From an uncultured Haloferula sp. (GTDB lineage Bacteria > Verrucomicrobiota > Verrucomicrobiia > Verrucomicrobiales > Akkermansiaceae): DNA of 64,000 bases. Made by a program: the position numbers and the translations under genes. Location of the stretch: the NCBI GenBank assembly GCA_965652295.1, contig CBFGTS010000010.1, positions 120,544 through 184,543 of the forward strand, written 5' to 3'. The notes below the pieces were generated by a model. That model saw only the letters and a program-made list of their open reading frames with translations. It searched no databases and was not told where the DNA came from. Of this stretch, positions 61,560 to 64,000 are shown piece by piece; positions within the stretch are counted from its first letter, which is position 1, and each line of letters starts with the position of its first letter.

Positions 61560-61591
61560 AAAGGAGGGCAGCATCGCTGCCCTCCTTTTTT
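61560..61591 (+). terminator. Intrinsic terminator
   Basis: AAAGGAGGGCAGC-ATC-GCTGCCCTCCTTT followed by a T-run. Confidence 0.9.
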
Positions 61592-61639
61592 AGGTGCGCC
61601 CGCTAGGGAGCGTTGACTTGGGGATTCAAGTCTCCAATC

Positions 61640-61850
61640 GACTCGAACTCCTACCACGTGATGGTCCGCACGGCGGATGGAGATATGCTCTTCGGAAAGG
61701 TGGAGAGGGAGACCTTCTGCCGGATCATGCGGAGTTGGAACACGCCGCAAGCGTCGAAGGGATGACCAATGCCGTCATGAGCAACCACTTTCACCTGCTG
61801 GTGCGGGTGCACGATCGTGAGAAGTTTCGTCCAGCGGAGGTGACGGAGCG
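61640..61850 (+). pseudogene. Frameshifted HUH/Y1 transposase remnant (RAYT/IS200-like)
   Basis: One frame gives YHVMVRTADGDMLFGKVERETFCRIMR. Another frame continues LEHAASVEGMTNAVMSNHFHLLVRV (HUH motif). No catalytic-Tyr C-terminal half is evident. Confidence 0.75.
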
Positions 61851-62509
61851 GAAGAACGCCTCTTGGGCAGCTCTCGTGCCTTACGCGGGGCTTCATTCCG
61901 ACGCTGAGATTGCTGCGGGGCAGTTTACAAACGCTCCTGCGATCCTGAGACTTTCGCCGACTGGCGCTACAAGACAAGCTCCTGGTCGGCGTGGAATACT
62001 GTGAATGGACCGCTACAAGATCCGAGATCGCCCAAGGCACCCAAGCGCTGCAGGATCCCGAGGATGCGCTAGAGTCCTGCTCGATCTGAACCTTGGACGG
62101 GGGTTCTGTGACATTTCTGAAGACCTCGTTGGTACGGAAACGCCGAAATTTTCAAGAAAGCTGAAATTTCCTCTTTCAACTTTCGATTGAAATAGGGTGC
62201 GGCCTGACTGCTCTCGCTTCTTTCTCAGCAGAAGACTCATGACCAAACTTTCATTCTTCTTCCTCGCGACATCCGCCGTTGCGCTCTTCCCGAGCAAGAA
62301 CCCCGGCCCTCATCGTACCCAACCTCTAGTCTTTCACGTGCGGCGAAGCATGATTTCACTTCGCCACTGCCATGTTGTCTGCGGAAAGTATCTCCCAACG
62401 ATGACGTCGCCGTTGGTGTACATCTTCTGCGATGCAGAGCATGCTAAAGAAACGAGTAATAAGATTTGCAGAGACGATCTGTATAGATAGAATTCATTCT
62501 ATTTAAAAA

Positions 62510-63376
62510 ATGAAAATAAACACCAAAAAACGATACTTTATCCAGCTATCATTGGCGAGCTTGGTCTTCACTGGATCCTGCTGGGCCGCTGATTTGATTC
62601 TGCCAGCAGGAGATGATCTAATCGTTGAAGGCGGCGGTGTCCATATCACGGGTGGAGCGGAAATCGTCGGTTCAGGATTCCCAACCTCCGAGAATGTTCT
62701 CAACGAATTAGCCGGATCGATCACCATCGGAAACTTCAATTACTTCTTAAACGCGAATCCAAATACTTCGTTCGGAGTGGGAGGAGTGGCAATTGGAACT
62801 GGAAATATTGCGCAGCAAGATGTCGTGATTGGTAATAGCTACATGCTGATTCTTGGTTACAACAATTTTTGTTCATCGAAGGGATCGTTGATTTCGGGAA
62901 CCAATAACGGCGTATTTAAATTTGACGGATACTCCACATCGAACCTCGTCGGAGGAGATAATAATACGGTGAGCGGAGCAAGGCAGAGCCTAGTTTATGG
63001 ATTTGCCAACACTGTTGACAGCGTTAAGGAAGGGGGTGTTGAGGATCAGGCGCATTACTCGGTATTGCTGGGCGTAAATAACAATCTGAATAGTCAGATG
63101 GGATATGCGATCGGGGGTTATAATGAAATAAATGGAGTTGGAAGCTCTGCATTGGGGTATGGCCTGACAGTTGACTCATTCCTTGGTGTGTATGTGGGGT
63201 CCTATAATGAACCTATAGATTCAGGGAAATACACGTGGGGAGCAGATGATCCAGTGTTTGTTGTTGGTAACGGGGTGAGTGACACCGAGCGTTCAAACGC
63301 CTTGGTTGTAAAACGTAATGGAGATATCATCATTGCGAAGCCCCAAGGCGACATCTCAATGGGAATTTTCGAGTGA
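62510..63376 (+). CDS. Secreted Gly/Asn beta-repeat (adhesin/fibre-head-like) protein
   Basis: AT-rich gene with a signal peptide, repeated G-x-x-N units, VFVVGNG...RSNALVVKRNG, and terminal PQGDISMGIFE. Confidence 0.75.
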   Translation: MKINTKKRYFIQLSLASLVFTGSCWAADLILPAGDDLIVEGGGVHITGGAEIVGSGFPTSENVLNELAGSITIGNFNYFLNANPNTSFGVGGVAIGTGNIAQQDVVIGNSYMLILGYNNFCSSKGSLISGTNNGVFKFDGYSTSNLVGGDNNTVSGARQSLVYGFANTVDSVKEGGVEDQAHYSVLLGVNNNLNSQMGYAIGGYNEINGVGSSALGYGLTVDSFLGVYVGSYNEPIDSGKYTWGADDPVFVVGNGVSDTERSNALVVKRNGDIIIAKPQGDISMGIFE

Positions 63377-63493
63377 TACGGTTCCGGATGTCGCACGGAT
63401 AAGTCTGGGAGTGGCGACAGTCGGGGCATGAGCTGACGCCTAGCGGGGGAGTTGGAGGCGGCGATGCTCAGAGATTGATAATTTGAAGGAGAA

Positions 63494-64000
63494 ATGAAAT
63501 TGAGTGATAGGTGCAAACAGGTGATCGGGGCGGTGCAGATCTCGATCATCATCCTCTGGTCGGTGCTGCCGAATGTGGCGCTGGCCCAGGTGCCTGCGTG
63601 GTGGTCTCAGGGAAATCCTCCGGTGATCTCGTCAGCGCCTGCGAACAACAGAGGACCGGCGAGAATCGGCCAAGCGAAGTGGATGGTATCGGAGGCGTTG
63701 CGGGTGCTTGCCGTCCATCGCGCCGACCTGGCTGATGAGATCGGCCAGCGGCTGACCCAACCGCAGCCTCATCCCGCGGACCCGTCGAACATCTTGGACC
63801 CGGTGCTCGATCTTGAGGTGCCCAACCCCAAAACCACCGAATGGACGGATGCCCAGAAGGCACCTTTGCTGATCGGCCAGCTGAAAGCTATCGCCGCCCC
63901 CTTCTACGAAGTACTTCATGAGGAAGAGTCGTCCTGGCTGGAAGGTGAATTGACCTACGCGCAGACGAAGGATTCGTCCGATAGCACGAATTATTTCCCG
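63494..64000 (+). CDS. Exported protein with repeated IGQ(A/L)K motif (3'-truncated by window; absent from the ORF track)
   Basis: AAGGAG before ATG 63494. 169 open codons: MKLSDRCKQVIGAVQISIIILWSVLPNVALAQVPAWWS...PARIGQAKWM...PLLIGQLKAIAAPFY...NYFP. Confidence 0.8.
   Translation, partial: MKLSDRCKQVIGAVQISIIILWSVLPNVALAQVPAWWSQGNPPVISSAPANNRGPARIGQAKWMVSEALRVLAVHRADLADEIGQRLTQPQPHPADPSNILDPVLDLEVPNPKTTEWTDAQKAPLLIGQLKAIAAPFYEVLHEEESSWLEGELTYAQTKDSSDSTNYFP

Noticed and set aside
62013..62490. Short ORFs 62013..62297 and 62197..62490
   Set aside because: No motifs or convincing starts. Probably decayed or regulatory AT-rich sequence upstream of 62510.

Overview
High-GC bacterial chromosomal segment. 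PEP-CTERM, DUF1501 and DUF1549/DUF1553 genes plus the intergenic repeat style suggest Verrucomicrobiota (Haloferula/Luteolibacter-like); this is an inference. The core is housekeeping: a divergent rho (5' end outside the window), rnd, gyrB-gyrA, an LplT/acyltransferase fusion, rsgA, ahpC, a Fur-family gene heading sufC-sufB-sufD, uvrC, menD, accB-accC, thiE and a PfkB kinase, along with envelope and carbohydrate enzymes (L,D-transpeptidase, PPIase, DUF3857 transglutaminase, GxGYxYP protein, GH97, TonB receptor). Most notable: (1) two sugar-dehydrogenase/cytochrome c fusions with opposite domain order bracket a tandemly duplicated two-gene cassette whose 3' ends share a 201-bp, 92%-identical repeat; (2) a small-protein/nucleotidyltransferase pair resembling MenAT/AbiE toxin-antitoxin modules; (3) a probable 6S RNA at about 49.4-49.6 kb; (4) several intergenic repeat families (GGAG/GTGG REP-like palindromes, inverted heptamer arrays in the suf operon, a CGCGAAT inverted-repeat element) and a frameshifted HUH (RAYT/IS200-like) transposase remnant; (5) a lower-GC terminal island with a PEP-CTERM protein, its secreted partner, a beta-repeat protein ending in PQGDISMGIFE, and an exported 'IGQ(A/L)K'-repeat protein that runs off the window end. 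All calls come from motif reading by eye; no database searches were run, and some start codons were re-assigned by eye.
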